Source of the DNA: a virus | Direction: 5' to 3' (one strand) | IMG/VR virus record: IMGVR_UViG_3300012920_000022 | Span: 1 to 64,000 of that record | DNA length: 64,000 bases | In this document: in pieces, positions 20,035 to 29,958 of the stretch | How positions within the stretch are numbered: the first letter of the stretch is position 1 | Layout: each line of letters opens with the position of its first letter | Program-made: the position numbers and the translations under genes | Notes under the pieces: model-generated | Seen by the model: only the letters and a program-made list of their open reading frames with translations | Databases searched by the model: none | What the model was told of the DNA's origin: nothing

Positions 20035-21645
20035 CTAGGCAGTTTTATTAATAGATGAAAGCTTATCATCTATTAATTTGTTTATCAATCTTTTGATCTT
20101 GAGACCATTATTTAAGGATTCATCAATATCCTGTTCTCCTTTAACATCATTAGACCATTCATCTAATTGCTTATCAGTATAACCAAATATCAATTTCAAT
20201 AAATACCTATCTGGATAAATTGGTTCACCACTACCATTATATGACAATCCTTGCATAGATTCAAAATAATCCATTTTCTGCCTATTTTCTTCAAATTGCT
20301 TGGCAAGAATTATATCATTTATAGAATAATGTTTTATACCTATATTATAAATTAAATCAGTATCATCAGATAATTCTGGTAAATTTGATTTAACCATGAG
20401 TTTTAATGCATTTACCATACATTTATCAAATTCTTTGGTAAGTCTATTTTTAAACTTAAAAAATGATATCTCATCATAAGGTACATCAGCATTAAATATA
20501 AATAAGTTACCACTTCCGTCCTCTCTATCAAATCTAGAAAATGGGAGATTTGAATCTCTCTGCAATTTTCTATCAAAATACTTAGGTATGTCCATATCAT
20601 TAAGATCAGTTCCATCATGTCTCACAGATTCAATTTCCGGAGTTTGCCCATTCCTGGATGGTAAAAATATATCGTTTTTATATGGGAACTTGGCACTTCC
20701 GTTTACATAAACCTCACCACTATTGCTGTCAATTACCATATTCTCTTTATATTTGTTTTTTATAACAGCAAGTATTTGTTTTGATTGCCCAGTACTACGG
20801 TTTCCCATAGGTATAATATATTTCATTTTATACCTGGAATGCATTATTACCCAAGCAACTTTTGCATTTTCAGTACTTCTCAACATATTGAATGATCTAA
20901 CCAATCTTTCCAGATATGATATTTTATTATAACCTGATGATACCCTATTATATGATATCATCACTATAGAATCATATGGGATTATTCTAGTCTTTATACC
21001 ATTGGGTGTTTCTATTTCCTGAATCCAAACTTTCCTCTCCTTACCCTCTGAATCTATTAAAACTTCTGGGAATAATGTAGATGAATCTACCTCCTCTATT
21101 CTAACAATTGTTTTAGGATTATCCTCATCATCCCATATATATTCAAATGATAAATAACCATCACTTAGCCATTTATAGAATAATCCCCATGCATATGTAC
21201 CATCATGGAAATTTAACATTCTATAAATGGACTTAAACCACATATTCAGTTTGTCTTTTACTTCATCATCCACATCCAATGATGAATTAATTTTTAATTC
21301 ACAAAAAGTTCCCCCATCTTTATAATCTATGGCTTCATTAGTTATAGTTTCCAATATAAATTCAAGCTCAGGATATTCTGAATATCTTCTGAGTATCTTC
21401 CTTTTAATTTTATATGAATAGTCATAATATGGTGTATAGTCATTGATATTTATATCATCATCTTCCATCAATGCATCATATGCACCGAATTCATCTTTAG
21501 CCATTCTAATATAGTCCTTTTTGGTTATAGATAAACTTTTACCCATAGCCTTATCTATATTAACACCTATGTTAGCAATGTTTAGTAGTCTATTGGGGAA
21601 TGACTTAAACCTGTACATGCTAATTTTCCTAATCATTCTATTCAT
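20035..21645 (-). CDS. Portal vertex protein, T4 gp20-like
   Basis: YPELE..ITNEAI, F.KWLSDG, SYLERLVR.FNML..E.A.V.W, DIFLPSR.G..PEIE, D..YF..KL..LPFSRF and DEISF.KF..RL. Confidence 0.9.
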   Translation of the reverse strand: MNRMIRKISMYRFKSFPNRLLNIANIGVNIDKAMGKSLSITKKDYIRMAKDEFGAYDALMEDDDININDYTPYYDYSYKIKRKILRRYSEYPELEFILETITNEAIDYKDGGTFCELKINSSLDVDDEVKDKLNMWFKSIYRMLNFHDGTYAWGLFYKWLSDGYLSFEYIWDDEDNPKTIVRIEEVDSSTLFPEVLIDSEGKERKVWIQEIETPNGIKTRIIPYDSIVMISYNRVSSGYNKISYLERLVRSFNMLRSTENAKVAWVIMHSRYKMKYIIPMGNRSTGQSKQILAVIKNKYKENMVIDSNSGEVYVNGSAKFPYKNDIFLPSRNGQTPEIESVRHDGTDLNDMDIPKYFDRKLQRDSNLPFSRFDREDGSGNLFIFNADVPYDEISFFKFKNRLTKEFDKCMVNALKLMVKSNLPELSDDTDLIYNIGIKHYSINDIILAKQFEENRQKMDYFESMQGLSYNGSGEPIYPDRYLLKLIFGYTDKQLDEWSNDVKGEQDIDESLNNGLKIKRLINKLIDDKLSSINKTA

Positions 21646-21681
21646 GCGTTATTTATTTGTAAATAGATATGTAAAAAATAT

Positions 21682-22092
21682 ATGGAGAAAATCATATCAT
21701 TCATAAAAAGCTTCTGCATAAACAATACACACGATATATGTAAAAATTATACCATTAACAATGATATAATGGACGTAATAAATATCATTCATAGATCCAC
21801 AAATATTAGCAAAGATAAACTATATGATCATTATTCTTACCATGTGTCATCAGAACTAATAAGAAAACTGGATATCCCCATATCATTAAATTATACAATA
21901 AAATCAATTATATTATATGATATAAACATAACCATAAGATCAAACATGTTTATATCATATAATATATCAAATATCGATGAATATATTGATTATATATCAA
22001 AAAATATATCGAGCATTAGTAACTTAGAATATACAGATATATTATCATTATTGAAAGAGTTTCATGATGGATATAATCTCAAAAATAAATGA
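21682..22092 (+). CDS. Hypothetical protein
   Basis: 136-aa ORF divergent from the portal gene. Confidence 0.55.
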   Translation: MEKIISFIKSFCINNTHDICKNYTINNDIMDVINIIHRSTNISKDKLYDHYSYHVSSELIRKLDIPISLNYTIKSIILYDINITIRSNMFISYNISNIDEYIDYISKNISSISNLEYTDILSLLKEFHDGYNLKNK

Positions 22093-22358
22093 TAGAAGAT
22101 ATATTAAAGAAATTACAATCCAATATTAATGAATTATCATATGAAATCAGCTTAAAGAAAAATACCATAGACAGATCCAGTGTGATGATAAAAACTATGG
22201 TTGAAATTATATATCCGGACTATGATGGAACATTTCAGAAATTATTTGAATCCATGAATAACAATAACATGCCATTAGTAACATATAAAGATAATGATGT
22301 AATGGTAGTTAGTAATCATGGTAAACCAATAACTATAATAGAATGGCTATCAACATAG
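22089..22358 (+). CDS. Hypothetical protein
   Basis: 89-aa ORF with overlapping start/stop. Confidence 0.55.
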   Translation: MIEDILKKLQSNINELSYEISLKKNTIDRSSVMIKTMVEIIYPDYDGTFQKLFESMNNNNMPLVTYKDNDVMVVSNHGKPITIIEWLST

Positions 22359-22882
22359 ATGAATTACTTTATTCAGGAAATAAAATCAGCGTGTCAATTG
22401 CTATAAAGGTAATATTCAGTAGCACAAAATCATATGATAAATATGCATCCTTATTAAAGGAGTATGCAGATTTGTTAAATGTGGATTACGATATAGAAGA
22501 GCATCTGATTTTTATGATGACAAATGATGACATTATAATTAGAGACAGGGTAGATGAATATGAAAAATTGCATATCATAAAAAGTATTAATGCGATTAAA
22601 TTTGATAAATCATCAAATATAACTAGACTACCCCCATGGTTGCTTAAATTTAATCTAAGATCACTTATGGTTGAATCTGATGAAATCACCGAATTATCAC
22701 CAATTGATTTACAAATGTTATCTAATATGAAAGAATTAGATTTTTTTCATGCTGTTGATGTTTACAATGAAAAACTCACTAATTATATGAAATCACTAGG
22801 TTTTGTGTCACATATCCCAGGTGTGTATACAAAAGATAGCTCACCATTCCATAAGGTTGCAAAATTTCAAAAACTATTTTAA
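22343..22882 (+). CDS. Short LRR-family protein, tandem copy 1
   Basis: IDELLYSGN cap, YEKLH, LPPWLLKF and MKSLGF shared with copies 2-4. Confidence 0.75.
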   Translation: MAINIDELLYSGNKISVSIAIKVIFSSTKSYDKYASLLKEYADLLNVDYDIEEHLIFMMTNDDIIIRDRVDEYEKLHIIKSINAIKFDKSSNITRLPPWLLKFNLRSLMVESDEITELSPIDLQMLSNMKELDFFHAVDVYNEKLTNYMKSLGFVSHIPGVYTKDSSPFHKVAKFQKLF

Positions 22883-22887
22883 TAAAG

Positions 22888-23436
22888 ATGAGTAATATAG
22901 ATAGATTATTATACTCAGATGATCACGCAAACATCGCTTTGGCTATAGAAATCATATATGGTAATAGAAATATGTATAACCATTACATATCCATGATAAC
23001 TGATTATGCAAAGATAGTTCATATGAAATTCAATAGTAAAGATGATGCCATAGAACTAGTTGCAAACTCCACATTGCACATGTATGGAGATCTATGTCAA
23101 TATGAAAAATTGCATAGATTTAAAAATATTAAGGAAATCCATATTAAATATTCGGAAATCAAGAAATTACCATCATGGTTACCTAAATTCGATAACATAG
23201 AATCGATAACAATAGGTGATACCAATATAAAAAAATTCACCAGCAAAGATTTAAACATAATATCCAAACTAAAAAATTTAAATCACATATCAGCAAATAA
23301 TATTAGTGATATTAGATTCGGTAAACACATGAAAAATTTGGGATTTACTGGTGGAATGTCTATGTATTCAAAAAAAGATTCTAATTACTATAAATGTGTT
23401 AAGATACATACTAACAGTAGATATGGTAAATATTGA
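22888..23436 (+). CDS. Short LRR-family protein, tandem copy 2
   Basis: IDRLLYSDDHANIALA, YEKLH, LPSWLPKFDN, MKNLGF. Confidence 0.75.
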   Translation: MSNIDRLLYSDDHANIALAIEIIYGNRNMYNHYISMITDYAKIVHMKFNSKDDAIELVANSTLHMYGDLCQYEKLHRFKNIKEIHIKYSEIKKLPSWLPKFDNIESITIGDTNIKKFTSKDLNIISKLKNLNHISANNISDIRFGKHMKNLGFTGGMSMYSKKDSNYYKCVKIHTNSRYGKY

Positions 23437-23930
23437 AAAATTGTTGTTTTCAAATGACATCCAAAACACAATGGTGGGGATAGATATATTATTAAATAAC
23501 CCAGATGTGTTTGATACTTATACTGAAAAATTAAACGCATGTGGAGAAATATTTGGGATAGTTGATATTAATGAAAACAACTTATTAAAGTTAGTATCGG
23601 AATTTACCACCGTGATAATAGATGATAATATGGGTAGTATTAAAAAATTACATATACTAAAAAACATAAAAACAATTATATTAAACTCTGATAAAATTAA
23701 GAGATTACCAGGATGGTTATCAAATTTTGATAATTTAGAATCTCTGATTTTTAATAAAACTAATATAACCAAATTATCAATTAAAGAATTAAATACGATA
23801 TCTAGATTAAAAAAGTTAAAACGTATATTAGTGGATTTTTAGTGATAGGAAATTCATATCATACATAGAAAATTTGGGATTTGTTGGTAATGGATTATTA
23901 TTTAAAAAATTAGACAACACTCATGGATAG
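23423..23930 (+). pseudogene. Short LRR-family protein, copy 3, frameshifted at a T5 tract (0-frame stops at 23842; homologous tail continues in +1 frame to 23930)
   Basis: GAT TTT TAG stop; +1 frame reads FSDRKFISYIENLGFVGNGLLFKK, matching the paralogue C-termini. Confidence 0.65.
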
Positions 23931-24501
23931 TATAGAAAAACTGATGTTTTCCACCGATAGTGGAAACATACTATTGGCAATAGAAATAATGTTTGGTAAT
24001 CCAAGACAATATAGTCATTGGATTACCAAACTATCCAATATGTTGCCGATATTAAATATAGAAGAATCGGGCAAAGATGGTATATGTAAATTATTAAATA
24101 AAAACCACATAGTAATGTCAGATGATCTATCAAAATACGAAAAATTACACATATTAAAAAACATAAAATCAATAGATATTAGATCAAACTATGCCAAAAA
24201 ATTACCATCATGGCTGATCAAGTTTGATAACATAGAGACAATTGATATGAATTCATTTGGGGGGATGAACAAATTTACTGGTAAAGATCTAGAAATAATA
24301 GGTAATCTAAAAAATCTAACATGGTTACATACCATGGTACGCAGTGATAGATTACACAAATTTATGACAAATCTAAGATTCGCAAATGTTATGGGGATTT
24401 ATTATAAGCCAGTTATTAGCCAGTTATTAGCCAGTTATCAAAAAACATCAAAAAATATAACAATAATGGGTAGGGTTAGACAACCAATAACTAAAATTTA
24501 A
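23923..24501 (+). CDS. Short LRR-family protein, tandem copy 4
   Basis: IEKLMFSTDSGNILLA, YEKLH, LPSWLIKFDN, MTNLRF. Confidence 0.75.
   Translation: MDSIEKLMFSTDSGNILLAIEIMFGNPRQYSHWITKLSNMLPILNIEESGKDGICKLLNKNHIVMSDDLSKYEKLHILKNIKSIDIRSNYAKKLPSWLIKFDNIETIDMNSFGGMNKFTGKDLEIIGNLKNLTWLHTMVRSDRLHKFMTNLRFANVMGIYYKPVISQLLASYQKTSKNITIMGRVRQPITKI
24407..24439 (+). repeat. 11-bp tandem repeat x3 (agccagttatt) in the 3' end of LRR copy 4
   Basis: agccagttatt agccagttatt agccagttatc. Confidence 0.85.
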
Positions 24502-25156
24502 CTTTGGGGTCTCTTTTACCTATTCTATAAGTATCATCAATATTTTGTTTATATTTTACATATATAGCTTTTATATTCATTCTACTTATAAATTTGCTAG
24601 CAAATAAAGATATGGAATACCATCTAGAAAATTCCACCACCAGTGGCTTATTTTTTATTCTGGTTGGTATGTAGGATCTAATTGCAAATTCAAAACCGGA
24701 ATTCTTAACAAACAGTTTCATTTTTTCATAGTTAATATCTATGGCAGAATATTTCTTATTTTCCCTCAACCTAGCGTCATTTTTGTCTATATAATGACCA
24801 AATTTAGTTATTAATTTATCCAAAAATTTAATTCTTATTTTTGGTGGTAGATAAGAAATATTAATACCAATCATTCTCAACCCATTGCTAGTATTAATAT
24901 AACCCAAACAATAAACCATTGGCATACTATCATAAAAAGGTAAATAATAACTACCATTTTTATATTTTACATTTTTATATTCAGGATCATAATTGAAAAC
25001 ATATATATAACCAGACAAAAATTCACTAGTAGAAACTATACTTTTATCATTTCTATCTATATAGGAATAAATAAACCATTTATAAGAATCCCTTATAATG
25101 GATGTTTTACTCCTATTCCTTGTGAGTCTAGTTATGCTTTGACTAATTGTTTCCAT
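24491..25156 (-). CDS. DNA end protector protein, T4 gp2-like
   Basis: GYIYVFNYDP.YK..LPFYD..P.V, GINISYLPP..R..FLD and AIRSY motifs. Confidence 0.75.
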   Translation of the reverse strand: METISQSITRLTRNRSKTSIIRDSYKWFIYSYIDRNDKSIVSTSEFLSGYIYVFNYDPEYKNVKYKNGSYYLPFYDSMPMVYCLGYINTSNGLRMIGINISYLPPKIRIKFLDKLITKFGHYIDKNDARLRENKKYSAIDINYEKMKLFVKNSGFEFAIRSYIPTRIKNKPLVVEFSRWYSISLFASKFISRMNIKAIYVKYKQNIDDTYRIGKRDPKVKF

Positions 25157-25173
25157 AATATATATATTTTAAA

Positions 25174-25503
25174 ATGGAGGAGTTCTATAATATAATCAAT
25201 TCATATCAGAAAAAATATAATCTAAAATGCATACCATTTGGTGAAGTCATATATAGATTATCAGATGGAAATGGAGAACTATTTTCAAAATGGGACGATG
25301 GATCTAAAAAATCACTGATTGATAAATTGGGTGATGAAGATTTGGTACAAAATATCATAAATGATATAAATTCAGATCTATCAAATTCAGATGCAGATCC
25401 TGATACAAATAAAACAGGATTTTTATTTGTATCAGGATCTGCATATTCTAAACAACATGTGATTAAAATAACCAAAATCAAAAATAGAACATATCTACAC
25501 TGA
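25174..25503 (+). CDS. Hypothetical protein
   Basis: 109-aa ORF. Confidence 0.55.
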   Translation: MEEFYNIINSYQKKYNLKCIPFGEVIYRLSDGNGELFSKWDDGSKKSLIDKLGDEDLVQNIINDINSDLSNSDADPDTNKTGFLFVSGSAYSKQHVIKITKIKNRTYLH

Positions 25504-25505
25504 TT

Positions 25506-26102
25506 ATGATAAAAACATTCAAAGAATTTATGACAGAAGCTGATGAGGAAGTGTGGTATCATGGAACTGATAAAAAATTATCTGGTAACTTAATGAAAAA
25601 TGCAGTTAAGAAAACCTGGGATGATTTCTTATCATTTGATGATTTCCTACCAGCATTCTTTGTAACCAAAGACATATCATGGGCAAAGATTTATACCAAA
25701 AATGATACAATATATGAAATATTAATATCTCCTGGATATAAATATTTGGATATGAGTAATATTAAAGAAAGCACTCATTTATCCAATAAGTTATTGATGA
25801 CTAACAAAAGTGGTATTGATAGTGAATTTATATTCCAGAATGATTTTGATGATTTTGCATTCACATGGATAAATAAGGAGAGAAAGAGGAACAATAAAAG
25901 ATTGTTTGATAAACAAGAATATTTTGATAGAGATATACATCTTCAATTCAAACCCAACTTACCAGACTGGTTTGATGGTGGTATAGGTGAAAAAGCATTA
26001 AAAGATTATGTAGAGCAAAACAAATTTGATACAATATTGTTTGAAAGAGAAATGATAATATTAAATACGGATATAATAAAAAGCTATAATATTATGCAAT
26101 AA
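25506..26102 (+). CDS. ADP-ribosyltransferase-like (ART-PolyVal-type) protein with capsid-targeting leader
   Basis: MIKTFKEFMTE leader; WYHGT..FFVT.D..WA..Y..IYEI..FDTI..E.IIL. Confidence 0.6.
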   Translation: MIKTFKEFMTEADEEVWYHGTDKKLSGNLMKNAVKKTWDDFLSFDDFLPAFFVTKDISWAKIYTKNDTIYEILISPGYKYLDMSNIKESTHLSNKLLMTNKSGIDSEFIFQNDFDDFAFTWINKERKRNNKRLFDKQEYFDRDIHLQFKPNLPDWFDGGIGEKALKDYVEQNKFDTILFEREMIILNTDIIKSYNIMQ

Positions 26103-26506
26103 TGAGCAAATCTATAATAATATATGAAATAATTTCATTCATATTTTTAAAGAAAAATTGGGATGGTCATGATGCGAGTAAGGTAATGATTATAGTAATC
26201 ATTAATACCACATGGTTTATAATGAAATTAAATAAGCATTATGTGAAATTAATATATGATTTTTATCCAAACCCAGACGGTACTATATCAATAGAGTGGG
26301 GACATAAAATAGGCAGTACTATATCACTAGAGGTGGGTAAATATTATAGTTCATATTATACTGAAATTGGTGGTACAATTATTAACAAATATGATAATAT
26401 AAAGTTAAATAAAATCAATAAACCTATCTTATTAAAATCAATAGATTTATTATATGAAAATCAATCCAATAAAATGGTCAACCAAAAAATTAAAAGCGTT
26501 GATTGA
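26102..26506 (+). CDS. Hypothetical protein
   Basis: NWDGHDA..P.PDGTI.IEW motif; 134 aa. Confidence 0.55.
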   Translation: MSKSIIIYEIISFIFLKKNWDGHDASKVMIIVIINTTWFIMKLNKHYVKLIYDFYPNPDGTISIEWGHKIGSTISLEVGKYYSSYYTEIGGTIINKYDNIKLNKINKPILLKSIDLLYENQSNKMVNQKIKSVD

Positions 26507-26963
26507 AAAAATAGAATCTACTGGCACCATGCCAAGAAATAACCCATTCCATGACGGTGACCTTAGCTATAAATCAGAAGGGGTTAAATGGGTATATACA
26601 GAAGAAGAAGCAGAGGAATTGATAAGAATAAAAACTGATATATTTTATTTTGCCGAAAATGTGGCTAAAGTCATGACCGATAAAAAGGGGATTACCACAT
26701 TAAAAGAAGTTGGGGGATTAAGAGATTATCAAAAAAGCACACTACTTGATTTAGTCAGATACAGATTTAATATATGGCTTGCCTCGCGTCAGATAGGCAA
26801 GTGTGTATGTCCATATACCAAAATAACTATAAAAGATAACAAAGGTAATTTATCTATTATACCAATATTTGAATTATATTATACCAATGTTGCTAACATT
26901 GGTATAATAGATAAATTAAAACTAAATTTATATAGGATATCTTATAGACTTAGAAACCTATAG
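26454..26963 (+). CDS. terL: Terminase large subunit N-terminal fragment fused to a split-intein N-half
   Basis: DIFYFAEN..LRDYQ..RFNI.LASRQIGK (gp17 Q-motif and Walker A), then CVCPYTKITIK..IPIFELY and stop. Confidence 0.85.
   Translation: MKINPIKWSTKKLKALIEKIESTGTMPRNNPFHDGDLSYKSEGVKWVYTEEEAEELIRIKTDIFYFAENVAKVMTDKKGITTLKEVGGLRDYQKSTLLDLVRYRFNIWLASRQIGKCVCPYTKITIKDNKGNLSIIPIFELYYTNVANIGIIDKLKLNLYRISYRLRNL
26802..26960 (+). mobile_element. Split intein N-fragment (IntN, 53 aa), TerL atypical type
   Basis: Starts with Cys directly after Walker A GK; block-A-like CVxxxTxI and I.I.ELY; no block B in this fragment. Confidence 0.75.
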
Positions 26964-28062
26964 ATTTGGATTGTTGATCATTATCAATATTATTGAATAT
27001 GGTTGCAAGTGTAACATCACAAGTAAATTCATTATCTATTTTGTTATTCATGGCTATTTTATTGGCATTGTCACTAGATATCCTATCAAATTTATGAGAT
27101 ATAGCTAACCTTCCAGGTCTCCTCAATGCTTTATCTATATTTGCTATGTCTGTATTAAAGGTTAGAATAATTTTAATATTAAGACCATCTGATAAAAGAC
27201 CATCCCCTATATTAAGTAAGCTATCAATTGATGATTTATCATGATCAAATTTCCTATCAGTAACCAAATTTTCGGATTCTTCTATTATAATAACTCTATT
27301 TTTCATATCTCTAAGCACTGGCATCAAATTAGCATTGTGCATATCCGGAATCATACTAGCTGGTAGATAAACAAAATCAATATCTTTACACTCGTTTATA
27401 ATATACCTAATATAATTTGTTTTACCAGTACCGGGTTCACCATGTAGTATAAAAATAGATCCATCACCAGACCTTAATTTAGCGATTATATTATTATGAA
27501 TCTTTTTAAACCCATTACCATAATACAAATCAAGATCTGGTATATTAGGTAATAATACCTGTTGATCCGAAAAATAGTGACCATTATTACTGAAATTCAA
27601 ATATTGTATTCTATTATATTTATTGATTCTTTCGCATTCTTTTATAAAAGATGATATGCTTTCTATTATATTCTCCAGTGGTGCTTGGTCAGCATAAATT
27701 ATGGGTATAGTATTTGGAGATACAATTACATCTTCTAGATTCATGGTGTCACAGTCTGATACAATGGACATAATCACATCATATTCACTACAATTATTGG
27801 TTTTAATTAATAATAACCAGCTAATATAATAATTATTTCTATGGTTGTCGTAATTAGTATAAGATTTCACCAATCTGACATCATTTAAGTCATTATTAGA
27901 AATACTTATTATGAATTCAGATAAATTAAATCTAGAATTAATATTAGTATATTCAAATCTATTAGATAAATCCTTAGTAACATATGATATGAACTCATTA
28001 GCCAAGAGATCATGGGATGACATGAACTCACCTATATTTATACCATCTGATTTTTCGGTCAT
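26950..28062 (-). CDS. AAA+ ATPase (BCS1-like)
   Basis: LHGEPGTGKT, IIIEESE, LLNIGDG and IDKALRRPGR motifs. Confidence 0.85.
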   Translation of the reverse strand: MTEKSDGINIGEFMSSHDLLANEFISYVTKDLSNRFEYTNINSRFNLSEFIISISNNDLNDVRLVKSYTNYDNHRNNYYISWLLLIKTNNCSEYDVIMSIVSDCDTMNLEDVIVSPNTIPIIYADQAPLENIIESISSFIKECERINKYNRIQYLNFSNNGHYFSDQQVLLPNIPDLDLYYGNGFKKIHNNIIAKLRSGDGSIFILHGEPGTGKTNYIRYIINECKDIDFVYLPASMIPDMHNANLMPVLRDMKNRVIIIEESENLVTDRKFDHDKSSIDSLLNIGDGLLSDGLNIKIILTFNTDIANIDKALRRPGRLAISHKFDRISSDNANKIAMNNKIDNEFTCDVTLATIFNNIDNDQQSKSIGF

Positions 28063-28092
28063 ATTATTCTGGGTTTTATTTTAAAAATTATG

Positions 28093-28100
28093 ATAAATAA
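28093..28100 (+). promoter_or_regulatory. T4-like late promoter (ATAAATAA)
   Basis: Immediately upstream of the baseplate wedge gene. Confidence 0.5.
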
Positions 28101-28109
28101 CAATAAAAT

Positions 28110-29720
28110 ATGTGGTTTCCAGAATTCTTAAATAAATCCAGAATTAAAGCCAATGAAATAATAGATGATATGGTAGAATTCTTGGTTAAAAAATATAGGC
28201 AATCAAAAAAAATGTTTACACCAAGTACAAGCTATGGTCAAATACTAATGGTGTTATCAAATCATGTTCAACTAATATACTTCTATATTCAGAACTCAAT
28301 CTCAGAACTCAATTTTTATCAAGCATATAAAAATCAGAGCATATATGGTATGAGTGATCTCACTGGTCACATAAGAAAATTAGCCACATCAGCAAAGGGA
28401 GAAATAGTATTAACCCCAAAACCCAATTCATCATCTGGAATAATATATATACCCAACTATACTAAAATAACATGTTTAAATAATAACCTACCATATATCA
28501 TATCATTAAATAGTGATTATATTATTGTTGATAAATCATCAACTAAAAAATATCATATACCAATAATACAAGGGGAAATTGAAACAGCTAGATTCACTGG
28601 TACCGGAGAAGATTTACAATCATTTGAAGTGGATACAAGTAAAAATACGGTGGTGAGTGAGGATGGTATAGAGATTTTCGTTAATGGAGAAAAAGCAAAA
28701 GTTTATGATTCTATATATCCCATACCATTCAAAGAATTGGGGGCAGTAGTGAGAAATAGCATAACTTCACAACTAACAGTATTATTTGGATATGATATAA
28801 ATGCCAGGATACCACCACTGGGATCTGAAATAACAATAGACTATTTAACATGTGCAGGAATTGAGGGTAATATAAACGAAATCGAACTTATCGAATTTGA
28901 ATTTAAAGATACCGGAATTAATGATAGAGGAGAAACAATAGATCTAAACGATATTTTTAATATATCAATAGAAGAACCCATATTATTAGGATCTAGCCCA
29001 GAACCAGTTGGTATAACAAGGATAATTGCACCCATGTTTAATAAATCCGGATTAATATATGATTCTGAATCTGTTAGATACCATTTTTTAAAAATGAACA
29101 TGTTTAAATCTGTGATAACTTGGTATGAGTCTACAAATAATGTAGTCAATGTATTACCCATGGTGGATTTAAAAAATGTGATGAGAGGTGATGAAACATA
29201 TTTTTCAATAGATATCAATAAATTCTCACTAACAAATATAGAAACAACTAGAATACTAAATTCAATAGAAAGCTCCGGCAATAAATCTACAAATTTACAG
29301 ATAAACGTGATAAATCCCACCATAAAAAGATTTGTGATTTATTTAAATATAGAGGTATTTAGATCAATAAATGGTGTTAGTATCCCTAAAGAAAGTCTAA
29401 AAAATAAAATAAAATCAGAGATATCATCGTATCTCATAAGCAATAAAAGACATAACAAAATACCTACATCAGATATAATAAGAATATTAGATACTATGGA
29501 TGAAATAGACACTGCAACCATCACATTTATAGATGAAAATGGGGGGATAGATGAAAATGGTAATATAAATGTGGAAAATAATGAGATAGCAGTAATAAGG
29601 GGTGGATGGGAAGACGAAAATGGGGTATTCTATTTTGATAGCTTTGACATAACCAAAGATAGTAATCAAAGTATAAATATATTTATGACAACAATAAATC
29701 TAGATAGATCACAAATATGA
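28110..29720 (+). CDS. Baseplate wedge protein, gp6-like
   Basis: E.NF..A...SIYG..L.GH..ATSA.G, IIQGE, V.FG....P..G..I.I.YL..G..GN and G...E motifs. Confidence 0.75.
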   Translation: MWFPEFLNKSRIKANEIIDDMVEFLVKKYRQSKKMFTPSTSYGQILMVLSNHVQLIYFYIQNSISELNFYQAYKNQSIYGMSDLTGHIRKLATSAKGEIVLTPKPNSSSGIIYIPNYTKITCLNNNLPYIISLNSDYIIVDKSSTKKYHIPIIQGEIETARFTGTGEDLQSFEVDTSKNTVVSEDGIEIFVNGEKAKVYDSIYPIPFKELGAVVRNSITSQLTVLFGYDINARIPPLGSEITIDYLTCAGIEGNINEIELIEFEFKDTGINDRGETIDLNDIFNISIEEPILLGSSPEPVGITRIIAPMFNKSGLIYDSESVRYHFLKMNMFKSVITWYESTNNVVNVLPMVDLKNVMRGDETYFSIDINKFSLTNIETTRILNSIESSGNKSTNLQINVINPTIKRFVIYLNIEVFRSINGVSIPKESLKNKIKSEISSYLISNKRHNKIPTSDIIRILDTMDEIDTATITFIDENGGIDENGNINVENNEIAVIRGGWEDENGVFYFDSFDITKDSNQSINIFMTTINLDRSQI

Positions 29721-29947
29721 AACGTAGTTTAATAGATATAACTAAAAACAGGCTAAATACTGATAATAGGTATAATTATAGGGGTAAAATAATGGAAAGA
29801 TCTGTATCTCCGGATCAATTCAGAAATCCCACTAAAAGAAAGTTTCTATATTACATCGATGATGTTATAGTAGAACTATTAGAAGCAGTCAAATTGATCA
29901 AAAAGTATATGAATCCATATATTAATATAAAAGATGATATTGATTAA
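29717..29947 (+). CDS. Small baseplate-associated hypothetical protein
   Basis: 76 aa, ATGA-coupled to the gp6-like gene. Confidence 0.5.
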   Translation: MKRSLIDITKNRLNTDNRYNYRGKIMERSVSPDQFRNPTKRKFLYYIDDVIVELLEAVKLIKKYMNPYINIKDDID

Positions 29948-29958
29948 TATCATAGAAA

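Noticed and set aside
23840-26963. Stop-codon reassignment (TAG read-through) explaining the truncated LRR and TerL
   Set aside because: Read-through meets TGA immediately (LRR) or after about 10 codons (TerL); standard-code ORFs tile the window and several genes end in TAG.
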